The notes under the pieces were generated by a model. That model saw only the letters and a program-made list of their open reading frames with translations. It was not told the origin of the DNA and ran no database searches. The position numbers were made by a program, and so were the translations under genes. A stretch of DNA of 64,000 nucleotides from Truepera sp. GTDB lineage: Bacteria > Deinococcota > Deinococci > Deinococcales > Trueperaceae. Where the stretch lies: contig CBDCKW010000009.1 in NCBI GenBank assembly GCA_965218435.1, positions 3,799,575 to 3,863,574 of the forward strand, read 5' to 3'. Of this stretch, positions 1-9,526 are shown in pieces; the stretch's first letter is position 1, and every line of letters begins with the position of its first letter.

Positions 1-8
1 CCCAAGGC

Positions 9-779
9 TTGTTCAGCCCGACCCTGACCCCGGCCCCTGAGCCGATTGATATTGTGCGGCCTGACGAAGAGGAGCCGTCCCTAATGCTTCCTAAACCGTT
101 TGAGGCGTCGTTTAGGGAGCTATTGGCAAACTTTCGCGCGGGCAGCTACCTCCGCACCGTCAACTTTCACAGCACGCCGCGAAGTAGCGCCGCTTATTAC
201 GCCAAGCTCTTACGTTGGTACGCCGAGCACTTTTCCACACTAGATGAGGGTGATTTGGAGGAATTCTTTAACACCGGCCGCTGGCATAAAGAAAAGCCGC
301 CGCTGCTGCTGTCTTTTTTTGAGGGAACCCGTAACCACTATGAGGTCATCCTGCCGCTGTTAGAACGCTACGGACTCACCGCCTGGTTTTTTATCATTCC
401 GCACTTTTTGGAGGTGCCGCCCGCCGAACAGGTAACCTACGCAAATACGCACTACATCGGCGTGACCCCCGGCGAGTACGGTGACGAGCGCCTCACGCTT
501 TCTTGGAACGAGGTGCGGGAGCTGAGCCAAAACCACGTCATCGTCAGCCATACTTTGACGCACACCGCCCTGACGCCCGACTCGTCCGACGCGCTGATGA
601 TACGTGAAATTGAAGTGTCTAAACGCGTGTTAGAGGCGCAACTCGGCCGAGAGGTCGAGAGCTTCGCGTGGCTGCTCGGGGCTGAACACGGCCTCAACCC
701 GAGGGCCGACGCCTATTTGCTGCGTGCCGGTTACCGCTATCTGTTCAGCACCTTTAAGCTGCAGCGGCTGCGCGGTTGA
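9..779 (+). CDS. Polysaccharide deacetylase (NodB-homology) family protein; 5' end uncertain because the frame is open to the window edge
   Basis: LLLSFFEGTRNHYEVILPLLERYGLTAWFFI and VSHTLTHT resemble NodB motifs 1 and 2, but the usual DD of motif 1 is replaced by FE. Confidence 0.5.
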   Translation: MFSPTLTPAPEPIDIVRPDEEEPSLMLPKPFEASFRELLANFRAGSYLRTVNFHSTPRSSAAYYAKLLRWYAEHFSTLDEGDLEEFFNTGRWHKEKPPLLLSFFEGTRNHYEVILPLLERYGLTAWFFIIPHFLEVPPAEQVTYANTHYIGVTPGEYGDERLTLSWNEVRELSQNHVIVSHTLTHTALTPDSSDALMIREIEVSKRVLEAQLGREVESFAWLLGAEHGLNPRADAYLLRAGYRYLFSTFKLQRLRG

Positions 780-859
780 CGTGCGTTTCTCCAGGCCGTA
801 GCAGTACGGGTGTGCATTTCTAAACGTTTTCCTAAAAAGGCGCAAGGTAGGATGCTACG

Positions 860-1228
860 GTGTCCGAGGTAACGCCTGAAACCACGCAGTCCGTGCTGCC
901 CCTGACTGTGACCCTGTGTGGCCGTTTGGGAAAGCTCACCGCGATAACTGAACCGGCCGCTGAAGCCGTAACTTCAGGAGGCAACACGGTTGGCGCGGAC
1001 GGTTGCTGGGTCTGGCGAACCGACGAAGGGTTTTTGCGTACGGCTACACCTACGCACAGCTCGCTCCTCAGCCTCGCTTGCGACGTAGCCGAGCTTTATC
1101 ATCAGCACTGCACGCTGCAGCTAAGTGGCTTGCCCGGTGAAAGGCTCGAGGTGATCTGGCTCGAGCTGGCTGCGGATAATGCCTTACTGGTTTTTTTGAA
1201 GCCGGTCGTTCCTAATACCTACACTTAA
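860..1228 (+). CDS. Hypothetical protein
   Basis: 122-codon ORF with a GTG start, compact spacing after the upstream gene, followed by a hairpin. No recognisable motif. Confidence 0.4.
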   Translation: MSEVTPETTQSVLPLTVTLCGRLGKLTAITEPAAEAVTSGGNTVGADGCWVWRTDEGFLRTATPTHSSLLSLACDVAELYHQHCTLQLSGLPGERLEVIWLELAADNALLVFLKPVVPNTYT

Positions 1229-1237
1229 CTAAAGACA

Positions 1238-1282
1238 AAAGCCGACTGAGAAGAGCGACCCACGCTTTTTTCAGTCGGCTTT
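1238..1282. terminator. Hairpin between convergent genes
   Basis: AAAGCCGACTGA (1238-1249) pairs with TCAGTCGGCTTT (1271-1282); T-run inside and after the loop. Confidence 0.5.
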
Positions 1283-1332
1283 GGCATCAGGCTTGGGACT
1301 CGCCCAAAACTAGCCCTACAACTTCTAACTTC

Positions 1333-1980
1333 TTAAAAGTATTCAGACCAAACAAATGAGTCTGGAATAGCTCCCGAGGTTAGGACGGTACCGCTCTCTG
1401 TAAAGCTTGTGATGACCTGATTCCAACCGGGAGCCAAAGTGATGTCAACAGCACTAAGACCCGTTTGTGAACCTACTACACAGGTTGCTTTGCTCTTATA
1501 GGCGTCTGTGACATAAATCCACGCTCCACGTTTCCCAGAGCCTTGTGGGTCTCCAAGATTGTAAAAGCCTACGACTTCAGCACTTGTAGTCGGCGTCGTC
1601 ACCGCAGATGCGACAATAGAAATGAGAAACGCTGCCTTCGGGTCTGCTGCGGTGCAACCAAGGGGTATAAAGGTGCTTTCATCAGGAGCCGAAAGCTCGA
1701 TACGAAACGCGCCGCCCGTTGAGACGTTACTTTTGTATAGCGGTGGGGCGAGCTCGAGCGTATCAGAATCGGGATTGGAGCCGACCGAGGCCGAGTAACC
1801 GGCTACTAGGGTAATAAAAGCTTCACCCGCAGACCAACCTGTGAGCATGCCGGAAATCTCAGTAACCGGAAAAGTTCCGGGTAGCTGTTCGGGCGGCTTG
1901 GTGACGACAGGCTCTCGACATCCCGCTAAGATAGTAGTACAGCAGGTTAACAGTAAGGCCAAACGGGTACCTCTTAGCAT
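1333..1980 (-). CDS. Hypothetical lipoprotein
   Basis: N-terminus MLRGTRLALLLTCCTTILAGC is a signal peptide with a lipobox-like Cys. Composition is lower in GC than the neighbours. Confidence 0.55.
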   Translation of the reverse strand: MLRGTRLALLLTCCTTILAGCREPVVTKPPEQLPGTFPVTEISGMLTGWSAGEAFITLVAGYSASVGSNPDSDTLELAPPLYKSNVSTGGAFRIELSAPDESTFIPLGCTAADPKAAFLISIVASAVTTPTTSAEVVGFYNLGDPQGSGKRGAWIYVTDAYKSKATCVVGSQTGLSAVDITLAPGWNQVITSFTESGTVLTSGAIPDSFVWSEYF

Positions 1981-2166
1981 CTTATAGACTCCTAACCTAT
2001 TAGCATCAGATATTCTTAAACAGCTTGACAGAGCTCATGTTGGTTCAGTGAATTTATCAAGCTTCGTGATTTCATAGTTTTTACATCTTTTGCTCACATT
2101 TTTGGTGCGACCGTTTTGAAACGTTTCTGACGAGACGCACATTAAACTACGCGCTATAGTCCTCTT

Positions 2167-3342
2167 ATGACCAACAACCCGGTATTTGTAACAGCCCTGC
2201 GCACGCCTGTCGGTAGAGCGCACAAAGGAATGCTCAAAGACACCCGCCCCGACGACCTCGGCGGCTTTATCTTAAAAGAGGCGTTGGCCCATACGACCGG
2301 TTTAGACCCGGAGCGTATTGACGATGTGCTTATGGGCAACGCGCACCCCGAAGGCGAAGCGGGGTACAACGTGGCGCGAATTGCGCTGCAGATTGCCGGA
2401 TTGCCGGATTCGGTCGCGGGCGCAACGGTCAACCGCTTTTGCGCCTCGGGCCTGCAGACGATGGTGCAGGGGTCGCAGGCAGTGGCGGCGGGGATGTGTG
2501 AGGTCGTCTTTGCCGGGGGTGTTGACTGCACCTCGAGAGTACCGATGGGCGGTCACACGGTGTCGATTAATAAGGCGCTCTATAAACGTTTGCCGGGAGC
2601 CTACGCCACGATGGGGCAGACGGCTGAGGCAGTCGCAAGGAAGTTCGGGATCAGCCGTGAGCAGCAAGACGCGTTTGCCCTCCGGTCACACCAAAAAGCA
2701 GTGGCGGCGCAGGAAGCCGGACGTTTTGAGACTCAGGTCGTCCCGGTTAAGACGAGGGTCAAAGATGAAGCGGGTGACTGGCGCGAGGTCACCCTCACCA
2801 AAGACGAAGGCCCACGAGCCGGTACGACGATGGAAAAGCTCGCAGGACTTAAAACGGTCTTTGCCGATGACGCCGCCGCGACGGTGACGGCGGGGAACTC
2901 GAGCCCCCTCAACGACGGCGCGGCGATGACCGTGATGATGACCGACACTATGGCCCAAAGCCTCGGCCTTAAACCGCTCGCGTCCCTCGTGCAGGCGGCA
3001 GTGGTCGGCGTTGACCCTGCGATTATGGGCGTTGGGCCGGTTCCGGCAATTCATAAACTGCTCGGCAAGGTCGGGATGCAGGTCTCAGATATTGACCTTT
3101 TTGAGATCAACGAAGCGTTTGCCAGCCAGTGTTTTTACGCTCAACAAGAGCTCGGGATTCCGGACGAAAAGCTTAATGTAAACGGCGGCGCAATCGCCAT
3201 CGGTCACCCCCTCGGCGCGACGGGCGCACGGATTGCCGCCGACCTCTTTGTAGAGATGACCCGCCGCGACGCCGAATACGGCGTCATCTCGATGTGTGTC
3301 GGCGGTGGACAAGGGATGGCGGCACTGTTTAAGCGTGCCTAA
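2167..3342 (+). CDS. Acetyl-CoA C-acetyltransferase (thiolase)
   Basis: Thiolase motifs NRFCASGLQ (active-site Cys), GHPLGATGAR and CVGGGQGMA. 391 aa. Confidence 0.9.
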   Translation: MTNNPVFVTALRTPVGRAHKGMLKDTRPDDLGGFILKEALAHTTGLDPERIDDVLMGNAHPEGEAGYNVARIALQIAGLPDSVAGATVNRFCASGLQTMVQGSQAVAAGMCEVVFAGGVDCTSRVPMGGHTVSINKALYKRLPGAYATMGQTAEAVARKFGISREQQDAFALRSHQKAVAAQEAGRFETQVVPVKTRVKDEAGDWREVTLTKDEGPRAGTTMEKLAGLKTVFADDAAATVTAGNSSPLNDGAAMTVMMTDTMAQSLGLKPLASLVQAAVVGVDPAIMGVGPVPAIHKLLGKVGMQVSDIDLFEINEAFASQCFYAQQELGIPDEKLNVNGGAIAIGHPLGATGARIAADLFVEMTRRDAEYGVISMCVGGGQGMAALFKRA

Positions 3343-3397
3343 AGATAAAGGAATCTTCACGAGCGTAAGAAACTTGTAAGACTCTCTCGTTTACATT

Positions 3398-3769
3398 GTG
3401 AGCGTGGCAACTATCCTTATCGTCGACGACCATCCCACCATGCGCTTTTTGCTCAAAAGTATCTTGAAGAGTGAGGGGCATCACGTCTTAGAGGCTGCCG
3501 ACGGCCAAGCCGCGCTCGCCAGCCTCGCCGCGTCCCCTGACGTTGCGCTGTTAGTCACCGACGTAGATATGCCGGTGATGAACGGGCTCGAGCTGCTCCG
3601 TGCCCTCAGCTTCCGCGCCGACTTACCCAAGCTCGTTATCAGCGGCGGCGCGGCCGCGCCGCCGCTGGCCGACCTTGGCGTCAGCGGCTTTTTTAGCAAA
3701 CCCTTAAACCTAGCGCAGTTCAAACACACCGTCGCGCGGCTTATCGGTCCTGAGGTCGCCGCAACTTAA
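3398..3769 (+). CDS. Stand-alone response regulator receiver (CheY-like)
   Basis: ILIVDDHP, the phospho-acceptor context LLVTDVDMPVMNG, and a conserved Lys region FFSKP. No output domain. Confidence 0.8.
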   Translation: MSVATILIVDDHPTMRFLLKSILKSEGHHVLEAADGQAALASLAASPDVALLVTDVDMPVMNGLELLRALSFRADLPKLVISGGAAAPPLADLGVSGFFSKPLNLAQFKHTVARLIGPEVAAT

Positions 3770-3846
3770 CCGCCAAGTAACGACGGTGCGGCGCTGTATG
3801 TGCCTATCTACGAGTTTATACGAGATACGGGCGGTATTCTGGAGGC

Positions 3847-4680
3847 GTGCCGAACGTCTCCCGCCGCGACTTTTTAGGTTACCTGCTGACCGGCGGGGCC
3901 GCGCTCTTGGCGGGCCGTGTTGCGGGCAACGTCTATCACGCCGAAGTTACGCACCACCGGCTGACGCTGCCCAACCTTAAAGCCCCGCTGCGCGTGGTGC
4001 AACTGAGCGACTTGCACTACGGCCCCTATATTCATGCCGGGTCGGTCAGAACGTGGGTGGCGCAGGCCCAAGCGGAGCAAGCTGACCTCACCGTGATTAC
4101 CGGCGACCTGGTTGACCGCTGGTTGAGACGGCCTTTAGAACCGCTGACCGAGGCGCTTGCGGGTCTCAGTGCGCCGCTCGGCGTCTGGGCGTGTTTGGGT
4201 AACCACGACCGTGTTCGCTTCAAAGACCGTATCGGCGTCCTCGAGGCCGCTCTAGCCGAAGCCGGGGTTACGCTCTTAGTCAATCAGGGTAAGCCACTCC
4301 GAGATGACCTTTATCTGGCCGCCGTAGACGACTACAGCACGGGTTACCCAAACTTGGGGGCAGCCCTTAAAGATGCGCCGGGGCGTATGGCGACGCTGCT
4401 ACTCTGCCACCAACCCGACTACTTCCCGCAGATGACCATGCACACCGACCTGACGCTGACTGGACACACGCACGGTGGTCAGGTGCAGCTGCCTTTTATC
4501 GGCGCACCGGTCACCTCGTCGGCTTACGGCGAGCGTTACCTCGAGGGCTGGGCACCGCCACCCGACCGGCGCTTCGGCAAAGCCTACGTCGTCCGGGGAC
4601 TGGGTGTGAGCTTTTTGCCGGTGCGTCTAAATTGTCCGGCAGAGCTGGCGGTATTTGACATTTCTCCCGCAAACCTTTAA
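3847..4680 (+). CDS. Tat-exported metallophosphoesterase (YkuE-like)
   Basis: SRRDFL twin-arginine motif. Phosphoesterase motifs LSDLHYG, GDLVD, GNHD and GHTHGG. Confidence 0.8.
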   Translation: MPNVSRRDFLGYLLTGGAALLAGRVAGNVYHAEVTHHRLTLPNLKAPLRVVQLSDLHYGPYIHAGSVRTWVAQAQAEQADLTVITGDLVDRWLRRPLEPLTEALAGLSAPLGVWACLGNHDRVRFKDRIGVLEAALAEAGVTLLVNQGKPLRDDLYLAAVDDYSTGYPNLGAALKDAPGRMATLLLCHQPDYFPQMTMHTDLTLTGHTHGGQVQLPFIGAPVTSSAYGERYLEGWAPPPDRRFGKAYVVRGLGVSFLPVRLNCPAELAVFDISPANL

Positions 4681-4876
4681 GAAGTAAAATGTAAGAAATC
4701 TCACATCGTTCTATGAGTAACATGATAATAATAGGACAAAATTAACTTCACAAAGGAATAGAACCGCTCAGCGTTCACCTCAACCAAAGTCTGGATAGAC
4801 ACTTGTAAAAGGTAGTTTTCCGGCTTCTAAACCCTTCTGGCTTGCAGAAAACTGGAGTTGGGTATGAAAAACAGTA

Positions 4877-5851
4877 TTGGTGGTTCGTCGGTGGTTCGTC
4901 GGTTTAGGAGTGCCCCTTTTACTTGCAGCGTGTTCGTCAACCCCTAATTTTAATTCTGAAGTTGCAACAACAGCAGAAAGCGTTGATTATCTAGCTGTCG
5001 AGCAGTATAAACCCTCGTTACCCGTTGTAGACGCGGCTACCTTGTCCGACGAAGCGTTGGCAGAAACAAAGTCCAAAGGTGACAAAAAGGTTCTTAAAGA
5101 GTTTAAGTTCAAAGACGGTAGTGTTACCAGCTATATAACCGTTGGAGATTACGTTGTCGAGGGCGATCTGTTTTTAGGTACAATCGAGGAATTTGAAAAT
5201 CAACTCAAGATTAAGAACGACAAGCTCAGTTCCAATGAACCATTGCTGTCACCTCAAGGTGCGTTTTTAGCTGACGTTAGAAGATGGCCTGGTGGCATTA
5301 TTTATGTGGATTCGGCACCCTTAACGCCAACGTTCACGGCCTCCCAGAATCAAGACATTCAAGACGCGATGAATATCTACAACAACCGGACTGATATCAA
5401 GTTCAGGTTAGCTTCCAGCGGGAACCGAATCAAATTCACTAACACTAACAACGGGTGTTATAGCAACTCTTTAGGTATGGCTGGGAACGGCGTCCAGGTT
5501 GTGAATCTAGCGGACAACTGTTTTACCAGCGCAAATGTGGGTACGATTATCCATGAACTTGGTCACGCCATCGGCATGATTCATGAGCACAATCGTCCAG
5601 AGAGGGACAATTATATAACGCCCTCGAGTAATCTGACTTCCTATGGACTCAGCCAATTTCAAAAGTCTGGGGCAACTGTGTGGAGTACATACGATTATCC
5701 ATCTGTTATGCACTATCCGAAATATACCTATGACACAAAGTTTGTAAAAGATCCTTCAAAGCCTATGTTCACGACTAAAGGGTATACCGGTGTTGTTCGA
5801 GGTCCAGGACTCTCGAACAAAGACGTTAGCACAGTCAACTCAGCTTATTAA
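4877..5851 (+). CDS. Astacin-family (M12A) zinc metalloprotease lipoprotein
   Basis: HELGHAIGMIHEHNRPERD matches the astacin signature HExxHxxGxxHExxRxDRD, and SVMHY is the Met-turn. Lipobox LLLAAC. The start is TTG 4877 or GTG 4880. The gene is AT-richer than the flanks. Confidence 0.8.
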   Translation: MVVRRWFVGLGVPLLLAACSSTPNFNSEVATTAESVDYLAVEQYKPSLPVVDAATLSDEALAETKSKGDKKVLKEFKFKDGSVTSYITVGDYVVEGDLFLGTIEEFENQLKIKNDKLSSNEPLLSPQGAFLADVRRWPGGIIYVDSAPLTPTFTASQNQDIQDAMNIYNNRTDIKFRLASSGNRIKFTNTNNGCYSNSLGMAGNGVQVVNLADNCFTSANVGTIIHELGHAIGMIHEHNRPERDNYITPSSNLTSYGLSQFQKSGATVWSTYDYPSVMHYPKYTYDTKFVKDPSKPMFTTKGYTGVVRGPGLSNKDVSTVNSAY

Positions 5852-5926
5852 TATCTAAGTTCACATCTTAGCTATGTTCATCACTCAAAGATTAAGTGGT
5901 GAACATAGTTGTGTCTGGGAGATTAC

Positions 5927-6865
5927 ATGTCCTACAAGTTTGCCTATGTTTTGCTTTCAATCTTCACATTGCTAAGTGCTTGTAACCAAACACCGCCCCC
6001 AGAAGTTGGGCCGATAGATTACCGAACCGATCCCCGCATTTTGCGCGGCGTCTGGGCAGGTAAGAATGAAAATGGCGTATCCCTGAAACTCAATCTCAAA
6101 ACGAACGGCCCGACTGAACAGGAGTATTTTTTTACAGGGACGTTTAAGTTGGGGGACGCATCAGAGCTTCCTGTTACAGGCCAGGTGGTAACGTCCCTCA
6201 CAAACGTTCCTCTATCACCTGCTCAGCAAGCCGATGCGCTACCTTGCGACAAAGATGTTACAGGTGCCATTACTAATTTGCTTGGAAACCCAGTCGAATT
6301 GCGATACGACATCTGCGGCACCATACCGGCGGGTTCACCTCCAGAATTTCAGATGACGTTAGTGGATCGGAACGGCCCCGAGCCTATCATTAGTAAATTT
6401 GTACTCACAAAGCAACCTGATGAACCTGTGCCAAACTTTCTAGTCAAAGGCACGGTTACGAGGCTTAGAGGCGTGCCTTTTACCTACGATGGCGAGTTCA
6501 TTTTCACCAAGTCTTCGCGTGCCGTTGTACAACTCTGGTATTCGGCCTCTTATTTTGGCGATGCGCCAAGGGAATTGGTAAAAGAGATGATAATCAAACC
6601 TATCACAAGTCTACCGATCTCGTTTAAGCTTGAAGGAGACGCTGAAAAGACGTTTGAGCGATTCGGGGACTATTTCCTGATTGTTGGGGTGCTGTCTGAT
6701 GATAGTGGCGGAACAGGTAAAAATCTTCGTTTTGCCGCAGGCGATCTCATCAACGAAACCTATACGCCCGTTCTAGCCGCAGGGGTTGAAGTGGATGTTG
6801 AAGTTACAGGTCTCGAACCTTGTCCTCCACCTGGAACTAATGAAGGCGGCCTATGTGCTCCATAG
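5927..6865 (+). CDS. Hypothetical lipoprotein co-located with the astacin gene
   Basis: ATG at 5927 preceded by GGGAG. MSYKFAYVLLSIFTLLSAC is a signal peptide with a lipobox. No recognisable domain; same AT-rich composition as the astacin gene. Confidence 0.6.
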   Translation: MSYKFAYVLLSIFTLLSACNQTPPPEVGPIDYRTDPRILRGVWAGKNENGVSLKLNLKTNGPTEQEYFFTGTFKLGDASELPVTGQVVTSLTNVPLSPAQQADALPCDKDVTGAITNLLGNPVELRYDICGTIPAGSPPEFQMTLVDRNGPEPIISKFVLTKQPDEPVPNFLVKGTVTRLRGVPFTYDGEFIFTKSSRAVVQLWYSASYFGDAPRELVKEMIIKPITSLPISFKLEGDAEKTFERFGDYFLIVGVLSDDSGGTGKNLRFAAGDLINETYTPVLAAGVEVDVEVTGLEPCPPPGTNEGGLCAP

Positions 6866-6935
6866 AACCAAGGATTTCGTTATCAGTGTTTGATGAAGTC
6901 ATTGGTGGAAATGGATGTAGACCTCTCGAAAATGC

Positions 6936-6966
6936 TTTTAGCCGTGACGATGGCTCACGGCTAAAA
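6936..6966 (-). terminator. 12-bp-stem hairpin downstream of moaA
   Basis: TTTTAGCCGTGA, loop CGATGGC, TCACGGCTAAAA. The minus-strand reading is followed by GCATTTTC. Confidence 0.5.
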
Positions 6967-7044
6967 ACCATCTAGGAGACGCTACCAAGTTGGGCTCGAG
7001 CGCCTTAAAAAGGGAATCAACTCACGCAAGATAGTTGCGAATGG

Positions 7045-8028
7045 TCAGCCGCCAATCGCGACCATCGTCCGTGTCCGCTGCGTCGGCGTGGTGATTCCTG
7101 AAGCGACTTTGCGGTGCGCCGCGACCAAAAACATCTCCTGAACTGCTCTTATAGGTTCGGTAGCCTGAAGCGCAGGCCGCAGGTCGAACTCGCGGTCATT
7201 CAAAAGGCAGGGGCGCAGTTTCGCGTCCGAGGTTAGCCGCATCCGGCTACAGGCGCCGCAAAAGGGTTCGGAGACCGGGTTGATAAACCCAACTGCACCC
7301 TGCCAGCCCGGAACTTTGAACAACCGTGCCGGGGCGCTCGGGTCGGTGGGCACAGCTTCAAGCGTGCCGAACGCCTCTTCAACCTTTGAACGAATCTCTT
7401 TACCTGCGACAAAACTTTCTCTATACCGCTCAGCGTCGGCGTTATTGAGGTGCATGTATTCGATAAAGCGCACGTGGAGCGGTAACGTTTCAGTCAGCGC
7501 CGCAAGCCGGGTGATTTCCGAATCGTTGACGCCGCGCATCACGACCGCGTTGATTTTTACGGGGTGCAAACCCAGCGACAGCAGTTTATAGATGCTCTCC
7601 CACACGGGTTTGCTGCTGCCCCCGCCGGTCGCCTGCTTAAACACCCCTTCGTCTACGGCGTCGAGCGAGATGTTGACGCGGTGGAGTCCGGCGGCTAAGA
7701 GTTCAGGCAAGCGGCGTTTAAGGAGTGTGGCGTTGGTGGTAATGGCAATATCTTCGACCCCGGCGTCGCGCGCGTAGGCGATCATTTCGGGGAGTTCTTT
7801 ACGGAGTAGGGGTTCGCCGCCGGTAAAGCGAACCGAGCTGACGCCTAAACCGACAGCCGCGTCAATGACGTGTGCGACGTCCGCTACGCTCACCGTGCCG
7901 AGTGGGTCTCTGTGGCCCATACCGAGTGGGTCGCAGTAGCTGCAGCGAAAGTTGCAGCGCGGCGTCACGCTGATTCTCAGGTCGCGGATCACGCGGCCGT
8001 AGCTGTCGGTCAGGGGTAACGTGTTCAC
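7045..8028 (-). CDS. moaA: GTP 3',8-cyclase MoaA (radical SAM, molybdenum cofactor biosynthesis)
   Basis: CNFRCSYC radical-SAM cluster motif, C-terminal CGACSRMRLTSDAKLRPCL second-cluster motif and a terminal GG. 327 aa. Confidence 0.9.
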   Translation of the reverse strand: MNTLPLTDSYGRVIRDLRISVTPRCNFRCSYCDPLGMGHRDPLGTVSVADVAHVIDAAVGLGVSSVRFTGGEPLLRKELPEMIAYARDAGVEDIAITTNATLLKRRLPELLAAGLHRVNISLDAVDEGVFKQATGGGSSKPVWESIYKLLSLGLHPVKINAVVMRGVNDSEITRLAALTETLPLHVRFIEYMHLNNADAERYRESFVAGKEIRSKVEEAFGTLEAVPTDPSAPARLFKVPGWQGAVGFINPVSEPFCGACSRMRLTSDAKLRPCLLNDREFDLRPALQATEPIRAVQEMFLVAAHRKVASGITTPTQRTRTMVAIGG

Positions 8029-8267
8029 GTAAGGTTAAGGCTACCCAATCTGTGGGGGTGAGTCGAGAACCCAGCCGACACTCGGTGACAGTGTGCCTAA
8101 CCGAGTCGCGTATCGGCGAGCTTAAGCTGTCCTTGGTTTGTGACTCGTACCACTCAACTTACTTTCATTATGCAAAACGCTCGAGTCCAGAAGGAGTTAC
8201 TTTTCCGTCCGTCTTCTGGCGTGGTGTCCGGTAACCTTTTTGCCGGGTAGTCGGTTGGACTCGAGCC

Positions 8268-9428
8268 TCAGACGATGCGAACACGCCGGGTTATTTGCCC
8301 ATTACTCTCCCAATAGGTGTGTTTGTTGGCAATCAAGGAGTCGGTTGGAGCTGGTTGAACGTTGCCGTCGGTGTCTACTGCTCGTGAACTGATGTCGTGT
8401 TCACCTATAGCAGGATCGTTCCAGTCCAGCTGCCAGAACCTCCAGGTGAACTCGGTGCCGCCTTGCTCGAGCACCGCAGGCTGCCACGCACCGCCGTCGA
8501 TTTGTACTTTGACCTTCTGAATAGGCGCGCCCCAAGCTGCGCCCATGATGCGGTACGAGCCGTTTTCGGTACGGGTGACCCTGGCAGGGGCAGATTTGAG
8601 CCGTGTGCGCCCGACCGAGGTTTCTTTCCACACCTTTTCGCCGCCCTGCGACTCTTCACGAATCGTGACGTATTCGCGCGCCATAAAGTGTCCCATATAG
8701 CGTGTTGGCAGCACTTCGATACGCTCCAACCACTTGACGTTGGCGATGCCGTACCAGCCCGGCGCGATCAGCCTTACCGGAAAACCGTTGGCTTGCGGCA
8801 GCGGTTCGCCGTTCATCTCGTAGACGAGCAGGTTGTCTGGACTCAGCGCATCTTGAAGCGACATGCTGCGCGCAAAGTGCTGCGTCATGGGAATGTCGCG
8901 CACTTCGATATCACCCTTGTCACGTCCGTAGAAAACGACTTCAATGCCGTCTTCTTGTACTCCGGCTTCCTCGAGCACCGTAGCGAGGGGCGTCCCGGTC
9001 CAGGTGGCGTTACCAATGCCGCCCTTAAACCAGTCGAACCCGTTGTTGCCCGAACACTCGAGCGTAAAAACCGTTTCTTTACGTGGACGCGCCTTGAGTT
9101 CGTCTAAAGTCAAGGTGAGCGGATGCTCAACTAGGCCGGACAGCTCGAGCGTCCAGTCTTCCGCCCGGATAACCGGCCTCTCAAAGTGCGCCACGTTAAA
9201 AAATTGGCTGTTAGGCGTAATCCAGGAATCGAGTTTTTCCCAGTCGAGCAAGTTCTGCACCACGTCGGGCAGCGGAACTTCTCCAGGTCGATCAAGCCAC
9301 GGGACGACCTTCTCACCGGGTCGGTTTTGGAAAGCCTGGGCCACGCCGGGAAAGGAAAACATGCTCAGTCCTGCTAAGACCGCACTCCGCTGAAGTAGTT
9401 CTCTACGCGACATGTTCGGTTCAGCCAT
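8268..9428 (-). CDS. Tat-exported sulfite-oxidase-family molybdopterin oxidoreductase (SorA-like)
   Basis: SRRELLQRSAVLAGLS Tat signal. TLECSGNNG contains the Mo-ligand Cys motif. C-terminal dimerisation-like domain. AAGGAGG sits 7 nt upstream of the ATG. Confidence 0.8.
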   Translation of the reverse strand: MAEPNMSRRELLQRSAVLAGLSMFSFPGVAQAFQNRPGEKVVPWLDRPGEVPLPDVVQNLLDWEKLDSWITPNSQFFNVAHFERPVIRAEDWTLELSGLVEHPLTLTLDELKARPRKETVFTLECSGNNGFDWFKGGIGNATWTGTPLATVLEEAGVQEDGIEVVFYGRDKGDIEVRDIPMTQHFARSMSLQDALSPDNLLVYEMNGEPLPQANGFPVRLIAPGWYGIANVKWLERIEVLPTRYMGHFMAREYVTIREESQGGEKVWKETSVGRTRLKSAPARVTRTENGSYRIMGAAWGAPIQKVKVQIDGGAWQPAVLEQGGTEFTWRFWQLDWNDPAIGEHDISSRAVDTDGNVQPAPTDSLIANKHTYWESNGQITRRVRIV

Positions 9429-9526
9429 CGTCCTGCCTCCTTAAATCGGTATTACTTATGCACTGTGCCAACCTGCTATGACTCGAGCCTTAAATCTTGC
9501 CGAGTTTTTGCGGCATTACCCATAAC

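Noticed and set aside
4864-4947. ATG-initiated 27-codon ORF upstream of and overlapping the astacin start
   Set aside because: It is out of frame with the protease and its product (MKNSIGGSSVVRRFRSAPFTCSVFVNP) is not signal-like. It is retained only as context for the 11-bp duplication finding.
8397-9107. 236-aa ORF antisense to the sulfite-oxidase-like gene. Similar long shadow ORFs occur at 57880-58671, 58890-59447, 59212-59919, 53422-53946, 2318-2887 and 25736-26354.
   Set aside because: Each overlaps a confidently identified gene in another frame or strand. Their translations are Arg/Pro/Ala/Ser-rich low-complexity strings without motifs.
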